From assembly GCA_050302075.1 (NCBI GenBank), contig JBNLAH010000006.1, forward strand, positions 139,589 to 203,588: a stretch of DNA of 64,000 nt. Direction: 5' to 3'. The notes below the pieces were generated by a model that worked only from the letters and a program-made list of their open reading frames with translations, ran no database searches and was not told where the DNA came from. This stretch comes from Parachlamydiales bacterium. GTDB lineage: Bacteria; Chlamydiota; Chlamydiia; Chlamydiales; SM23-39. The position numbers and the translations under genes were made by a program. Of the stretch, positions 1-10,488 are shown piece after piece (the stretch's first letter is position 1; every line of letters starts with the position of its first letter).

Positions 1-61
1 AAAAAAGAACATATTTTTAAAAGATCATATAAGGTGCAGTTTTCAAAAGAAAGCTTCCTTT

Positions 62-781
62 TCAAGACTCTTCCATATTGTGATAAACTGCATCAACATC
101 ATCTAAGTTGTCCAACCAATCTACTAGCTTTTCATTTTTTTCCTTTTCTTCCTGAGAGCATTTAACTCTCACTTTAGGAATCATGTCTAAAAACGCATCT
201 TGGACTTTGATATTTTGGGCTTCAATCCGTTCTTTAACTGCATATAGCATGTCGTGTGGGGTTGTAATAAGATAACTGTTTTCAATTAGTTCAAAATCGT
301 CAGCCCCAGCATCTGTAGCTAACATAAACATGTCATCTTCTTTGATTTGCTCAGCATCAATTTGAAGAAAACCTTTCTTTTCAAAGTTGTACATTACAGC
401 GCCAGTAGATGCAATATTTCCGCCACATTTATTGACTGCAATTCGAATATCGGACGCAGTTCTATTTTTGTTGTCAGTCATAGCCTCCACAATAATACCA
501 ACTCCTGAATGACCATATAGCTCATAGACAACATCATCATAGTTGCTTTGGTCCGCCGATGTTGCTTTTTTAATATTTCTTTCAATTGTGTCATTTGGCA
601 AATTGGCAGCTTTAGCTTTTTGAATAACAGCTTTTAATTTTACATTCTTCTCAGGGTCTGCCCCGCCTTGTTTTGCTGCATTAATAATCTCTTTGGTAAG
701 CTTGGAAAAAACTTTTCCTTTCTTCTTGTCAGCCCGTTCCTTTTTATGCTTAATATTGGCCCATTTACTATGCCCTGCCAT
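62..781 (-). CDS. yebC: YebC/PmpR family DNA-binding regulator
   Basis: N-terminus MAGHSKWANIKHKK; motifs YELYG, TDNKNRT and C-terminal DDVDAVYHN are characteristic of the family. Confidence 0.97.
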   Translation of the reverse strand: MAGHSKWANIKHKKERADKKKGKVFSKLTKEIINAAKQGGADPEKNVKLKAVIQKAKAANLPNDTIERNIKKATSADQSNYDDVVYELYGHSGVGIIVEAMTDNKNRTASDIRIAVNKCGGNIASTGAVMYNFEKKGFLQIDAEQIKEDDMFMLATDAGADDFELIENSYLITTPHDMLYAVKERIEAQNIKVQDAFLDMIPKVRVKCSQEEKEKNEKLVDWLDNLDDVDAVYHNMEES

Positions 782-1445
782 TTTTCCTCCAAATATTTTT
801 CATAAAATACTTTTCAAATTTTTTCATTTGAGTAAAATTTGGAAATTTTTTCTCATGCTCTTTAAATGCTTTCCCATGCATCTGATATCTGCCGCTTTTT
901 AACATTTCAGATGGATATACCTCGTGCAACATCTCGTGAAAAATTAAATACTTTATATACTGGTCTATCACATTTTTGTGGTCTAACAATTTATTAACCC
1001 GGATTAGTTTATACTGGCGATCGTAACTTCCAAATGTAATGTGTCTAAATGTTTTGTAAACCGGTTTAAACCAAGTAATTTTGAGCTCCAAACTACCATT
1101 AAAATAATGCTCATTAACAAAATTATACTCTTCTAAAAGATCAAAATACTCGCCTTTGTATGTCATATCTTCTTGATCAACTAGGTCAGAAAAATCCAAT
1201 ATTTTTTGAATTGAATAAATAAATTGTTTGATCGGTAAAAAATCTTCTTTTTTTTTGCTTATAATATAAGTAACTAGTGAGTCTAAAACAGATAAAGGAG
1301 CTTCTAAAAAATGCCTATGCAAAGAAATCGATATTAAATTTTGATGATCTTTTAAGACAAAATAATGCGATTTATTGTCATTTATTTTTATTTTAACTGT
1401 TTTTTTAGTTTTTTCTCTTAAGTTATCCGAAAGCGTCTGAAGCAT
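768..1445 (-). CDS. SprT-like zinc metalloprotease domain protein
   Basis: Motifs NEHYF, FGSY, HEMLH (HExxH) and downstream HGKAFK; overlaps the yebC start. Confidence 0.75.
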   Translation of the reverse strand: MLQTLSDNLREKTKKTVKIKINDNKSHYFVLKDHQNLISISLHRHFLEAPLSVLDSLVTYIISKKKEDFLPIKQFIYSIQKILDFSDLVDQEDMTYKGEYFDLLEEYNFVNEHYFNGSLELKITWFKPVYKTFRHITFGSYDRQYKLIRVNKLLDHKNVIDQYIKYLIFHEMLHEVYPSEMLKSGRYQMHGKAFKEHEKKFPNFTQMKKFEKYFMKNIWRKNGRA

Positions 1446-1448
1446 TTT

Positions 1449-1940
1449 TTATAATTCTTTTTGCATGAAAATTTTAGATAAATAGCTACCATCTGGGTTC
1501 TTAATAAAATGCTTATGCTCGCCATATCTTACAAAACCTTGCCTTTCGTACAGTCTAATCGCCGGATTATTCTCATACACTTCTAGGTGCAAAAATTTAA
1601 TATTAAACTTTTCTTTGGCCAGCTTTCCAATCTCTTGGATCAACTTAGCTCCTATACCCTTTCCTCTAAGCTCACTTTTTACAATAATGGCCATTAAACA
1701 TTGATGAGAGAGCTTTTGGTATGGTTGGATATATAAATTAATAATCCCAGCTACCTCATTATCATAATAAGCAGTTAAAACTGCTCCGACTTTTACAAAG
1801 CTAATCCAAAACAATGCAGCATCTTCTATTTCCCTATCATTACTCATTGGGTACCACTGCAGAGTACCAGGATCTTTTAGCCATTCTCTGATATATTTTA
1901 TATCTTCTTGAACTGCTTTTTTTATCTCAATTTTTGACAT
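1449..1940 (-). CDS. GNAT family N-acetyltransferase
   Basis: Acetyl-CoA motif RGKGIG and LEVYENNPAIRLYERQGF; start moved to ATG 1940 (MSKIE) just after the upstream stop, the track uses 1970. Confidence 0.9.
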   Translation of the reverse strand: MSKIEIKKAVQEDIKYIREWLKDPGTLQWYPMSNDREIEDAALFWISFVKVGAVLTAYYDNEVAGIINLYIQPYQKLSHQCLMAIIVKSELRGKGIGAKLIQEIGKLAKEKFNIKFLHLEVYENNPAIRLYERQGFVRYGEHKHFIKNPDGSYLSKIFMQKEL

Positions 1941-1948
1941 TAGTACCT

Positions 1949-2446
1949 TTAGAAAATCAATCCATAGCAAATACGATCTTTGTAAACATTGTTCTCAAAA
2001 ACATAACCTTCTTGTTGAGCAAACTTTTCAAACCCAAGATCAATTAGAATCTTTTCAATTAAGCATTTAGAAAAAATGTCAGCATAGATCAACTCATGCT
2101 TAAAATAATTTTTAGAAAGATTGATTAAATTTTTAATAAGCGATTTACCAATGCCTTTGTTCTGGTGTTTTCTATCAACAACAACTTGAAAAAAGCACTG
2201 ATGGGCTATCTTTTTATAAGGCATCAAAAAAAGAGTCCCAATTCCACACGGGACGCCACTGATTGTTGCAGTAAGCGATGCCTTAAATTTAGAAAAACCA
2301 ATCCAATTGCTTACAAAAGGTTTAATTTCACTTTCTGTTTTAACTACGAACCATTTATTTATTTCTTCATCTGACATCCACTTAAGCAAGAATTCTTCAT
2401 CAGATAGATCTGAATACCTTATATCATGATCAATTGTTTTTTTCAT
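1949..2446 (-). CDS. GNAT family N-acetyltransferase (tandem paralogue)
   Basis: QNKGIG motif; shares the segment PYxKxxHQC with the neighbouring GNAT. Confidence 0.85.
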   Translation of the reverse strand: MKKTIDHDIRYSDLSDEEFLLKWMSDEEINKWFVVKTESEIKPFVSNWIGFSKFKASLTATISGVPCGIGTLFLMPYKKIAHQCFFQVVVDRKHQNKGIGKSLIKNLINLSKNYFKHELIYADIFSKCLIEKILIDLGFEKFAQQEGYVFENNVYKDRICYGLIF

Positions 2447-3544
2447 GAAGCTCCAAACTCTCTTAAAAAACCATTTACAAATTCATCTATCTCACCGTCC
2501 ATCACAGCTTGGATATTACCTACTTCAATTTTTGTCCTTGTATCTTTAACTAAAGTGTAAGGATGAAATACATAATTCCTTATCTGTGACCCCCACGCTA
2601 TTTCTTTTTTCTCTCCTGAAATTTGCTTCAAGGCATTTTCTCTATCAGTCACTTCCTTTTCATAGAGTTTTGACTTTAGCATCTTTAAGCAAAATTCTTT
2701 ATTTTGAAGCTGAGAGCGCTCTTTTTGACAAGATACAATTATATTAGTTGGAACATGTGTGATTCTTACGGCTGAATCAGTTTTATTTACGTGCTGACCT
2801 CCAGCGCCTGACGCTCTATAAGTATCAATGCGAAGATCTTCTGGCTTTAGCTCAATTTCAATCTTATCGTCAATAATAGGAGATACGTCTACTGAGGCAA
2901 AGCTTGTGTGCCTTTTAGCATTTGAGTCGAATGGAGAGATCCTGACCAACCTATGAACTCCTTTCTCAGACTTACTATAGCCATAAGCAAAATCTCCGCT
3001 AAAGCGAAATGTAATGCTTTTAATCCCAGCCACATCGCCTTCAACACGGTCGATTATCTCAGTCTTCCATCCCTTTTTGCTTGCCCACCTTTGGTACATC
3101 CTCGATAGCATAATAGCCCAGTCACATGACTCTGTTCCGCCGGCACCTGCATTGATTGTTAAAAAGCAATCTTTCGAATCAAGCTCGCTAGAAAGCATGC
3201 GTTTGATTTCCATATCTGAAACAGTAGCTTCAATGCTGCTAAGCTCTGCCATTAACTCTTCGACAAATGCATCATCATTTGCATTTTCAGCCTCAGGCAA
3301 AAGATCTTTAAGATTAAGGAAGCGGGATTGCACTTCTCGGTAAGGAATCGTCCATTTTTTTAATTGATTGCAATCATCAATGATTTTTTGAGCAGACTCA
3401 TTGTCATCCCAAAAATCTGGAGCTTCCATTTGGTTTTCAAGTTTTTTTACTTCTTCTTCTTTTGAAGCGAGGTCAAAGATACCTCCACATGTCGTCTAAT
3501 TTAACTTGAATTTGATTGAATCTTTCTTGTGTTTCGATATTCAT
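2443..3544 (-). CDS. prfB: Peptide chain release factor 2 with programmed +1 frameshift
   Basis: GGQ and SPF motifs; ATG at 3544 reads MNIETQERFNQIQVKLDDMWRYL, then CTT-TGA-C, and the +1 frame continues DLASKEEEVKKLENQMEAPDFW into the track ORF. Confidence 0.97.
3472..3487 (-). promoter_or_regulatory. RF2 autoregulatory frameshift site (internal SD plus CTT TGA C)
   Basis: Minus strand reads TGGAGG TAT CTT TGA C; CTT is codon 23. Confidence 0.95.
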
Positions 3545-3611
3545 GCTCTCTCCTGATTTATCAAACTAAGATACTAGTAACTTAACTTAAAATCAATTGA
3601 GAGATTATGAT

Positions 3612-4838
3612 TTATGAATACATAAGGAGATAAGCTGGATCATCCATGAAAGAATCAGAGTCTCTAGTTTTAGATTCTTCTTCGTCCTTATCTATTTTGT
3701 CTACTGAATTAGGGATTTCAAAATCTAAGCTAGGAATGGGCAAAATTTGCGGATTATTATCAGCCATGCTATGGGTAGGCAACGAGTTAGTTTCTCTAAT
3801 AAAGTCCTCAGCTCTATTCCGCTCGTCCTGAAATTTTAATCTGTGCCTTCTTAATTTTTCATCAAGAAACTTTAGCTCTTCTTTAGATGAGTAAATATCT
3901 TGTAACTCATAAATTTCTAGTAGATTGTTATCTATTTCTTCAATAATTCTACAGCACCTTTCTCTAAAAGTTTCAATTGATTCTGATGAGTCTTTGCTGT
4001 ATAGAGTTTCAAATTCATTTTCAAGATCTCTTTCACTTTCAATTAAAGCCAGATATGACTTATTTTCAACTAAAGGTGGGAAGTCATTTTTTATGTCCCA
4101 AGTTCTTACCTTATAGCTTGTTTCTAATGTTATTTTTTTTATAACTAAGAGTTTTCTATCTTTTTCTAGCTTCCTTCTAACGAAAGAATTAGCTTTTGCA
4201 CCAAGCACCATATCAATACTTTCTATTGCTTTATCAATATTATTAATTAAAGTACGGTGCTTACTTCTAAGTTCTGCAATTGAGTCTATCTCGTCATATT
4301 TAGATTCAGCCTCAGCTTTTACTCTTGATATTTCTTTGTACTCATCGCTATTTTTTAGATTATAAAATTCTAATCCTTTCCTCAGGTATTCGAAGCCCCC
4401 AATAGTTATAGAGGTTGATAAAAGAGCTAAAGCTATTTTTACTCTACTAATTTGTCCTGGTGATTTACCTATGCCAAAAAATTGTAGAGCTCTTGGGTAT
4501 AGATAAAACAACCCTAAAATAGCCGTACTTGCTAGAGCAGCTTTCACTACTGTAGGTTGATGTTTGATATCAAAATTTTTAGATATTTTTAATCTAGCCA
4601 ACTCAAATACATCAAAAAATTTGTCTAAGATAGAGACTTTCTTAATATCTCTTCTAAGTAACTTTTTCAAAAGATATGCTGAGTCATAAAGTGCATTTAC
4701 TGGAGCTAAAATAATAAACTTAATCAATGCAATAATCTTACTAGCAATTGAATTTGCTCTTGATATTGCTGAAAATGAGTCATTTATTTTATATGAGTGT
4801 CTTTGAGCTAATGAGAGATTAAATACACTTTTTATCAT
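3612..4838 (-). CDS. Paralogous membrane-anchored family protein (array member 1), helical C-terminus with acidic tail
   Basis: Shared N-terminal module (DSFSAISRANS..KIIALIKFIILAP...YDSAY) plus two hydrophobic segments. Confidence 0.85.
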   Translation of the reverse strand: MIKSVFNLSLAQRHSYKINDSFSAISRANSIASKIIALIKFIILAPVNALYDSAYLLKKLLRRDIKKVSILDKFFDVFELARLKISKNFDIKHQPTVVKAALASTAILGLFYLYPRALQFFGIGKSPGQISRVKIALALLSTSITIGGFEYLRKGLEFYNLKNSDEYKEISRVKAEAESKYDEIDSIAELRSKHRTLINNIDKAIESIDMVLGAKANSFVRRKLEKDRKLLVIKKITLETSYKVRTWDIKNDFPPLVENKSYLALIESERDLENEFETLYSKDSSESIETFRERCCRIIEEIDNNLLEIYELQDIYSSKEELKFLDEKLRRHRLKFQDERNRAEDFIRETNSLPTHSMADNNPQILPIPSLDFEIPNSVDKIDKDEEESKTRDSDSFMDDPAYLLMYS

Positions 4839-4864
4839 TTTTTCTTTTTATTTAATAAATAATT

Positions 4865-4893
4865 ATTATAAACAATAATAATTTAATAAACAA
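4865..4893 (-). promoter_or_regulatory. Putative sigma66/70 promoter of array member 1
   Basis: TTGTTT-N17-TATAAT, about 27 nt upstream of the ATG; the region is AT-rich, so a chance match is possible. Confidence 0.45.
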
Positions 4894-4981
4894 TCTAAAA
4901 AATTAATTGTCAAACCCCACAAAAAGCTCTTAGAAGCGAAAAATTGAAAACTAAGATTAGAAAAGACTAATTTTTAATGAG

Positions 4982-5950
4982 TTAAGAATTTAATGCACTA
5001 TATCTTTCAAGTAATTTATTAAAATCTGCCTGTTCATCATTTTGACCAGCCCCTACTGCAGACGGGCTATAAACGCTAGCTAAACTAGCATACATTCTAC
5101 CATCAGAATCTTGCACGGGAGCATTATCACCATCAATATTAGATGATGATCCATCTTTAGGGGTAGCATATACATGAGCCAAAGCCTCAAACATGCCACT
5201 ACCTGTAGACGTTGGCTCTTCAGGCGTAGGCTCTTCGCAAATAGAAACTTCATCTGAGTCACTATCGTGTGTATCAGTGATAGAATCAACTAGACTGTCC
5301 CCTAGCCCCAAAACAGCAAGGTGTCTTGTATTAACTCCTGTACTTGAGCTCAGCTCAGCAACAAATGGACTTTTCGATGTAAAAGCGGTTGTTTTAGTTG
5401 CTGTCTTTTTAACAGGTCCATTTTCAATGTCTACTGGCTTCTTTTCAGCGCCTACTGGTTTTATGCGTCTGTTAGCTAAAGTCTGGCCTCCAATTATAAG
5501 CCCCCCAATTATAAGCCCTGTTGCAGCTTCTAAAATGTGAGGTAAATAACCTTCTTGAGGTTTTTGAGGAGAAAAAAATCGTTGAATATTTGGGTATGTG
5601 TAAATTCCTAAAACAGCCAGTCCGATTAAACTGGTAGCTATAAGTTTAGTTTGATGCTTCTTACCAAAATCTTTAGATCTTTTTAAAACATTCAGTATCT
5701 TGTCTTTTACCGAGCTAGAAGCTGCATGTAAGTTATCCACGTTCATAATATGAACTTGATTTAAGTTTCTTCCAAATAATTTGTTTAAAAGATGTTTGGC
5801 ATCATAAAATAAATTAATAGGTATTAAAAAAATAAATTTAACCAAAGCTACAATCTTATCAGAAGTTGAGCTAGCGGCTGATATTTCTAAAAATGATTCT
5901 TTAATTTTAAACGTATAGCCTTGTTGACTGTTAACTAAATTTTTAATCAT
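4982..5950 (-). CDS. Array member 2, acidic/disordered C-terminus
   Basis: Shared N-terminal module, two hydrophobic lobes, Ser/Asp/Glu-rich tail. Confidence 0.85.
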   Translation of the reverse strand: MIKNLVNSQQGYTFKIKESFLEISAASSTSDKIVALVKFIFLIPINLFYDAKHLLNKLFGRNLNQVHIMNVDNLHAASSSVKDKILNVLKRSKDFGKKHQTKLIATSLIGLAVLGIYTYPNIQRFFSPQKPQEGYLPHILEAATGLIIGGLIIGGQTLANRRIKPVGAEKKPVDIENGPVKKTATKTTAFTSKSPFVAELSSSTGVNTRHLAVLGLGDSLVDSITDTHDSDSDEVSICEEPTPEEPTSTGSGMFEALAHVYATPKDGSSSNIDGDNAPVQDSDGRMYASLASVYSPSAVGAGQNDEQADFNKLLERYSALNS

Positions 5951-5985
5951 TTTGATTTTTCCTATTATTTATAAAAAATTAATTA

Positions 5986-6013
5986 ATTATAACTTATTAT
6001 ATTTTTTTTGCAA
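5986..6013 (-). promoter_or_regulatory. Putative sigma66/70 promoter of array member 2
   Basis: TTGCAA-N16-TATAAT upstream of the ATG at 5950. Confidence 0.45.
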
Positions 6014-6111
6014 CTTAATAAAAAACTCTACTTTTTATAGTAAATACAAGAAAAACATAAAAAGTTAACTTTAAAGCACATCCAAATTACATTTCCTTTA
6101 TAAAAGCCAAA

Positions 6112-7182
6112 TTATTTATAGCTCCTAAAAGGTATAAAAACTGGGGTATTAGTTAAATGCTTTTCCCAATTAGTTAAAAAAGCTTTATCCTCTTCCAAAC
6201 TACTCAAAACCAAGACTTTATCTTGTTCATCCAGCCCATCACCTTGAAGTAACTCTTCAATCTTTTCTTTTGCATTTTTAATTCTAGGTAAAATGTCATC
6301 TTTCATGCTTTTCTGCTTATTAAATACCTCAGCGCTATCCGCTTTTCCTCTTAAATCAACAGCTTTTAAATCAGCCTTAACCTTTGCTATTTCCTCATAT
6401 AAAGCATTACTTTGTAGTCTATTCAAAGCATCTGACTGCTTTAATTGGATTTCTTGATTATATTTGTTATAGCGCGCAGATAATAGCTTGTCATAATTTT
6501 TCATAAAACCAAATTCTCTATCTATCACACTTTTAATATAAAAACTTGCCTTATCCTTTAGCTCTAAAACACCTTTAATTATTTTAAGATCTCCAATTGC
6601 TTTTTTATGAATTGATGCGAGATCTTCTAAACTATTTGCCTTACTATAGTCGATCTTCATTAAATCATCTTTGAGTTCCGCTGCTTTTATAAACTGCTGA
6701 TTATTCCTCAATTCACTATCTGCAATTTTTTTCAATTTCAGCAAGACTGAGCTAGCCCCCACTAAAGCTGAAAGGGTTGTAATAGATATTAAAGTGCTTA
6801 AATCAGAAGTCTTAGCAGCAGATCGAAATGATAAATGAGGATATGCCACCCCTAAAACAGCAGCTCCAACTAATGCCAACTTTAAAGTTTTATCTAAAAT
6901 TTGAAAGCCTGATATCTGTAAAGAACTAAGATACTTTAACTTAGTTAAGCTAGTGGAGTAAAAACCGCTAAAAATAGATTCTTTTTTTGAAACCCTTCCT
7001 AAAAGCCTATTTAGATTATAAGCCGCATCTTTAACAATAAGCCATGGCAACAAAAGCACTACCTTAACTATACCCGCAATCTTTCTAATTGTAGAACCAG
7101 CCTTCAACTCATTTGAAAATGAATCTTGTATATTAGGTAAATACCTTTGATTAATTGAAAAATTAAACAACTTCTCTATCAT
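6112..7182 (-). CDS. Array member 3, coiled-coil C-terminus
   Basis: QRYLPNIQDSFS...LLPWLIVKDAAY module, two hydrophobic lobes. Confidence 0.85.
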   Translation of the reverse strand: MIEKLFNFSINQRYLPNIQDSFSNELKAGSTIRKIAGIVKVVLLLPWLIVKDAAYNLNRLLGRVSKKESIFSGFYSTSLTKLKYLSSLQISGFQILDKTLKLALVGAAVLGVAYPHLSFRSAAKTSDLSTLISITTLSALVGASSVLLKLKKIADSELRNNQQFIKAAELKDDLMKIDYSKANSLEDLASIHKKAIGDLKIIKGVLELKDKASFYIKSVIDREFGFMKNYDKLLSARYNKYNQEIQLKQSDALNRLQSNALYEEIAKVKADLKAVDLRGKADSAEVFNKQKSMKDDILPRIKNAKEKIEELLQGDGLDEQDKVLVLSSLEEDKAFLTNWEKHLTNTPVFIPFRSYK

Positions 7183-7293
7183 TTAGTTAGCCTTTATTTA
7201 ATTAAATTCAATTATAATTAATTATATAATTTAATACTATTAAAAATTAATTTGTTTAAATTAATTAAAAAATAATATAAATTGGAATAAATT

Positions 7294-8145
7294 CTACCCT
7301 GGGAACCTGCTGAGCGACAAGCTATAATCTCGCATCAAAATACCCTTCACACGTACAAATTCTTCTCTTCTGCCAAATAAGTGTCCTTTTGTAGAATTTG
7401 ACAATTCAAAAGCACCTAAAAGCTGATCAACTCCCTGTATCGCTTTTTCTATATACTCTAAATCTTTAAAATATGACTTCATTAAGGAAGGTTTATCTTG
7501 AATAAACGTATAATAAGACTTATCAAAAATTGGTAAAGTTGGCTTATTCAATTTTCTATTAACTTTATCTTGCTTAGATATTTGATTTTTAAAAGACAAT
7601 ATTTTTTTTACTACTAGACCTTCAGCGTCCGTTAACGTTTTATATACAGGCTCATTCTTAAGCGTCCTCATCTCTAATAGTTCGTGACTCTTTTTTAAAA
7701 GGGCAAAGCTTACACCTCCCAAAATAAACCCAACAGCTCCCACAGCTTGATTAGAAAATCTATCCAAAAGATGAGTTTGATTAGACTGTTTTCCTATTAA
7801 TTGCCTACCCGCTACTAGAAAAGCTCCTCCTACTAAAGTAGCTTTTATAATTTCAGATTTATGCTTAGATACGAAATTCTTTGACTTATCAAAAGCTCGT
7901 AACATTTTTGATCTCGTTAAATTTACTGCAGAGTAAAGTTCACCTACAATCGAAACTTGCTTTGCCTTTTTTCTATAAAGTAAACGCGAACAGTCTTTAA
8001 TTATTAGCCATGGCAGGAAAATAATTAACTGGACTATTTTTTTAATCTTTTTAACAGCACTAGCTTCATGTATTTCTAAAAATGAATTTCTAACACTAGG
8101 AAAATAAGGTTGGTTATTTACACTTTTAAACGTTAATTTAAGCAT
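7294..8145 (-). CDS. Array member 4
   Basis: YFPSVRNSFLEI...IFLPWLIIKDCS module, two hydrophobic lobes. Confidence 0.85.
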   Translation of the reverse strand: MLKLTFKSVNNQPYFPSVRNSFLEIHEASAVKKIKKIVQLIIFLPWLIIKDCSRLLYRKKAKQVSIVGELYSAVNLTRSKMLRAFDKSKNFVSKHKSEIIKATLVGGAFLVAGRQLIGKQSNQTHLLDRFSNQAVGAVGFILGGVSFALLKKSHELLEMRTLKNEPVYKTLTDAEGLVVKKILSFKNQISKQDKVNRKLNKPTLPIFDKSYYTFIQDKPSLMKSYFKDLEYIEKAIQGVDQLLGAFELSNSTKGHLFGRREEFVRVKGILMRDYSLSLSRFPG

Positions 8146-8379
8146 TAAATTATACTCCCTCGTTATTTTGGGAAAAAATTAATTTATTATATTTTTATTA
8201 TACATTAAAAGGTTTGACAAACCAATTTTTAAAATTAAAGCTTTACAAAATATTTTTTCTATAAATACTCTTAACGCGAAAGTTTAAATGAAACTGATTT
8301 TTTTCAAAAAAAATATCAACAAAGAACTGGTCGAATTTTTTTTTAACTAGATTGTTGTCTTTTTTACTTAATAAAACAT

Positions 8380-9273
8380 CTAAGCATTATTAGAATGGGA
8401 AGCAGCTCTCTTAGCTATACTACCAAGCCACTTCTCGTATTTTTTAAAACCTAAAATATTAGAATCAATAATTCTGATACCTTCTTTTGGAAATTTATTT
8501 TTTACTTTCTCATTTCTACCTGAAGTTAGTTCCTCTATTATTTTTTTAAGCTTATCTCTAAATTCGTTGATTATTAAGGAGAAATCTCTTTCTTTTTTTT
8601 CTATCCTTATCTTCAATCTTGCAAGTTCGTATTCATATCCAAGGTATTTTTTTCTACTTTCCAGCCAATGTAAATAATATTTTACCTCTTTAGGTTTTCC
8701 TTCCTGATAAAATCTTAACTTTCTAGCTTCCTCTATACATTTAAGAGCCATTTCATACTTATGTTCCAAATCTCGAACATTACTCACGTTGAAAAATTCT
8801 ACTCGCGATATTTTTTGTGTAAGAAGATACTCCTTAGACTTTCGTCCTTTTAAGAAGAGCAAAAGCAAAATACCAACGCCTACTGCAGATAGTGTTACAG
8901 ATTGTGGCATGAGATATTTATTATCACTAGTCAGATTACCGCTAAGCAATTTCTGAATATGCGGATATGAATAAAAAGCACCTAAAAGAAAAGACCCAAC
9001 TAAAGCTGTTTTTGCGATTAAAGGGCGATTTTTTATTTTTGAATAACTAGCTAAAAAAACTTTATCAAATAGTGAGTATTTCTCCACTTTCCTTTTGAAG
9101 TTTTTTCTCAAGTAGTATGCAGAGTCTTTAACAACAAGCAGGGGTAAAATAATAACTAATTTAGCTACTAATATGATTTTTTTAATTAAAGAATTGGTTC
9201 TTGATATCTCAGAAGTTTCCCTTCGAATATGAGGAAAACTTGTCGTTTGAGTTGAAATATTAAGTAAGCTCAT
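8380..9273 (-). CDS. Array member 5, basic coiled-coil C-terminus
   Basis: SEISRTNSLIKKII...IILPLLVVKDSAY module. Confidence 0.85.
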   Translation of the reverse strand: MSLLNISTQTTSFPHIRRETSEISRTNSLIKKIILVAKLVIILPLLVVKDSAYYLRKNFKRKVEKYSLFDKVFLASYSKIKNRPLIAKTALVGSFLLGAFYSYPHIQKLLSGNLTSDNKYLMPQSVTLSAVGVGILLLLFLKGRKSKEYLLTQKISRVEFFNVSNVRDLEHKYEMALKCIEEARKLRFYQEGKPKEVKYYLHWLESRKKYLGYEYELARLKIRIEKKERDFSLIINEFRDKLKKIIEELTSGRNEKVKNKFPKEGIRIIDSNILGFKKYEKWLGSIAKRAASHSNNA

Positions 9274-9284
9274 AGTTATTCTAT

Positions 9285-10013
9285 CTAAGTGTTTTCTTTT
9301 ATTTTTGCTGAAATTTTTCCAATTTGATTTTTATCTAAATTCAGAGCAATTATTGCAAAAAACATTTCCATAAAAGAGTATTCTTCGAAATCTCCATTCT
9401 TTAAAGAGTCCTTTAAAGAGTCAATTGCATCTTGAGCTTTAGACATTAACTGCAAATTATCATTTCGCTTTTCTTCGTTACTTACATCTACTACACTCTT
9501 AGCAGAAGAAATAGCATTCAACTTTCTTATAATTTTTAAATCTTCTGGCGTTGTATTTGTTTTATCATTATATGATTCAAATTTTTTTCTAGCATCTTCG
9601 ACACCTTTTTTACAAAAAACAGCTCCAAGTATAGTTGTTGCCAATAAAACCCAAGATTTATTACTTAATAGTGGTCTGGGATCTTGTTGATTAGGTAACT
9701 TTTTTAGAGCATAATGAATTATTCCAAATAAAGATGTCCCAGCTAATACAGTTTTTATGATCGTAACTTTAGACTCTGTAAACGAAGAAAAAAATCTATC
9801 CAAAAGCGAGACTTTCTTCACATCCCTTTTAAATAGATTACTTAAATGGTGAGACAAGTCATAAATGACAAGCCCAGGAATTAAAATAATAAATTTAACA
9901 ATCTTTATAATTTTTTTTATTAATGAGTCAGCTTTAGATATTTCAGAAATTGATTGATTTGTACTAGGAAAATATCCTTGCTTTACCGAACAATTTAGTA
10001 AATTTTTAATCAT
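9285..10013 (-). CDS. Array member 6
   Basis: YFPSTNQSISEISKADSLIKKII...LIPGLVIYD module. Confidence 0.85.
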   Translation of the reverse strand: MIKNLLNCSVKQGYFPSTNQSISEISKADSLIKKIIKIVKFIILIPGLVIYDLSHHLSNLFKRDVKKVSLLDRFFSSFTESKVTIIKTVLAGTSLFGIIHYALKKLPNQQDPRPLLSNKSWVLLATTILGAVFCKKGVEDARKKFESYNDKTNTTPEDLKIIRKLNAISSAKSVVDVSNEEKRNDNLQLMSKAQDAIDSLKDSLKNGDFEEYSFMEMFFAIIALNLDKNQIGKISAKIKENT

Positions 10014-10488
10014 CCCTTCCTCTCATGTTTTAGCAAAAACATTTGTTTTAATTCAAAATCACACTATTTTAGTTAATTTCAATTTAAAATTGAACCCTTA
10101 ATTTTTTTGTTAAATGACTTGTAAATGAAATATTCTAATCAAGAAATTTAAATTGGTTGTTTACAACAAAAGAATCTCCGTTTCTCCTCATACCTTCTCT
10201 ACATGTTATGATTTGAACTGGCTCTTCAGTAATCTTATTTTAAATACTCTTGAAAAATTATTTCAAAGAACAAGCTTTATTTGAGGTCTTTTGTCACTAA
10301 AGATTTATGGAAATAGTACTACTAGGCTCCCCACTATATCTGTCTTCTCTTTTATCTTTTTGATAACTATTTTTAATAATTCAAATTTAGTTTTGAATTG
10401 CAAAAATTTAGCTTTCTTTTTGTTAATTGAAAATCCCTAACCAAGAATATTAAGCTTGTATTTACTCAATACTATCACAACACCCTTG

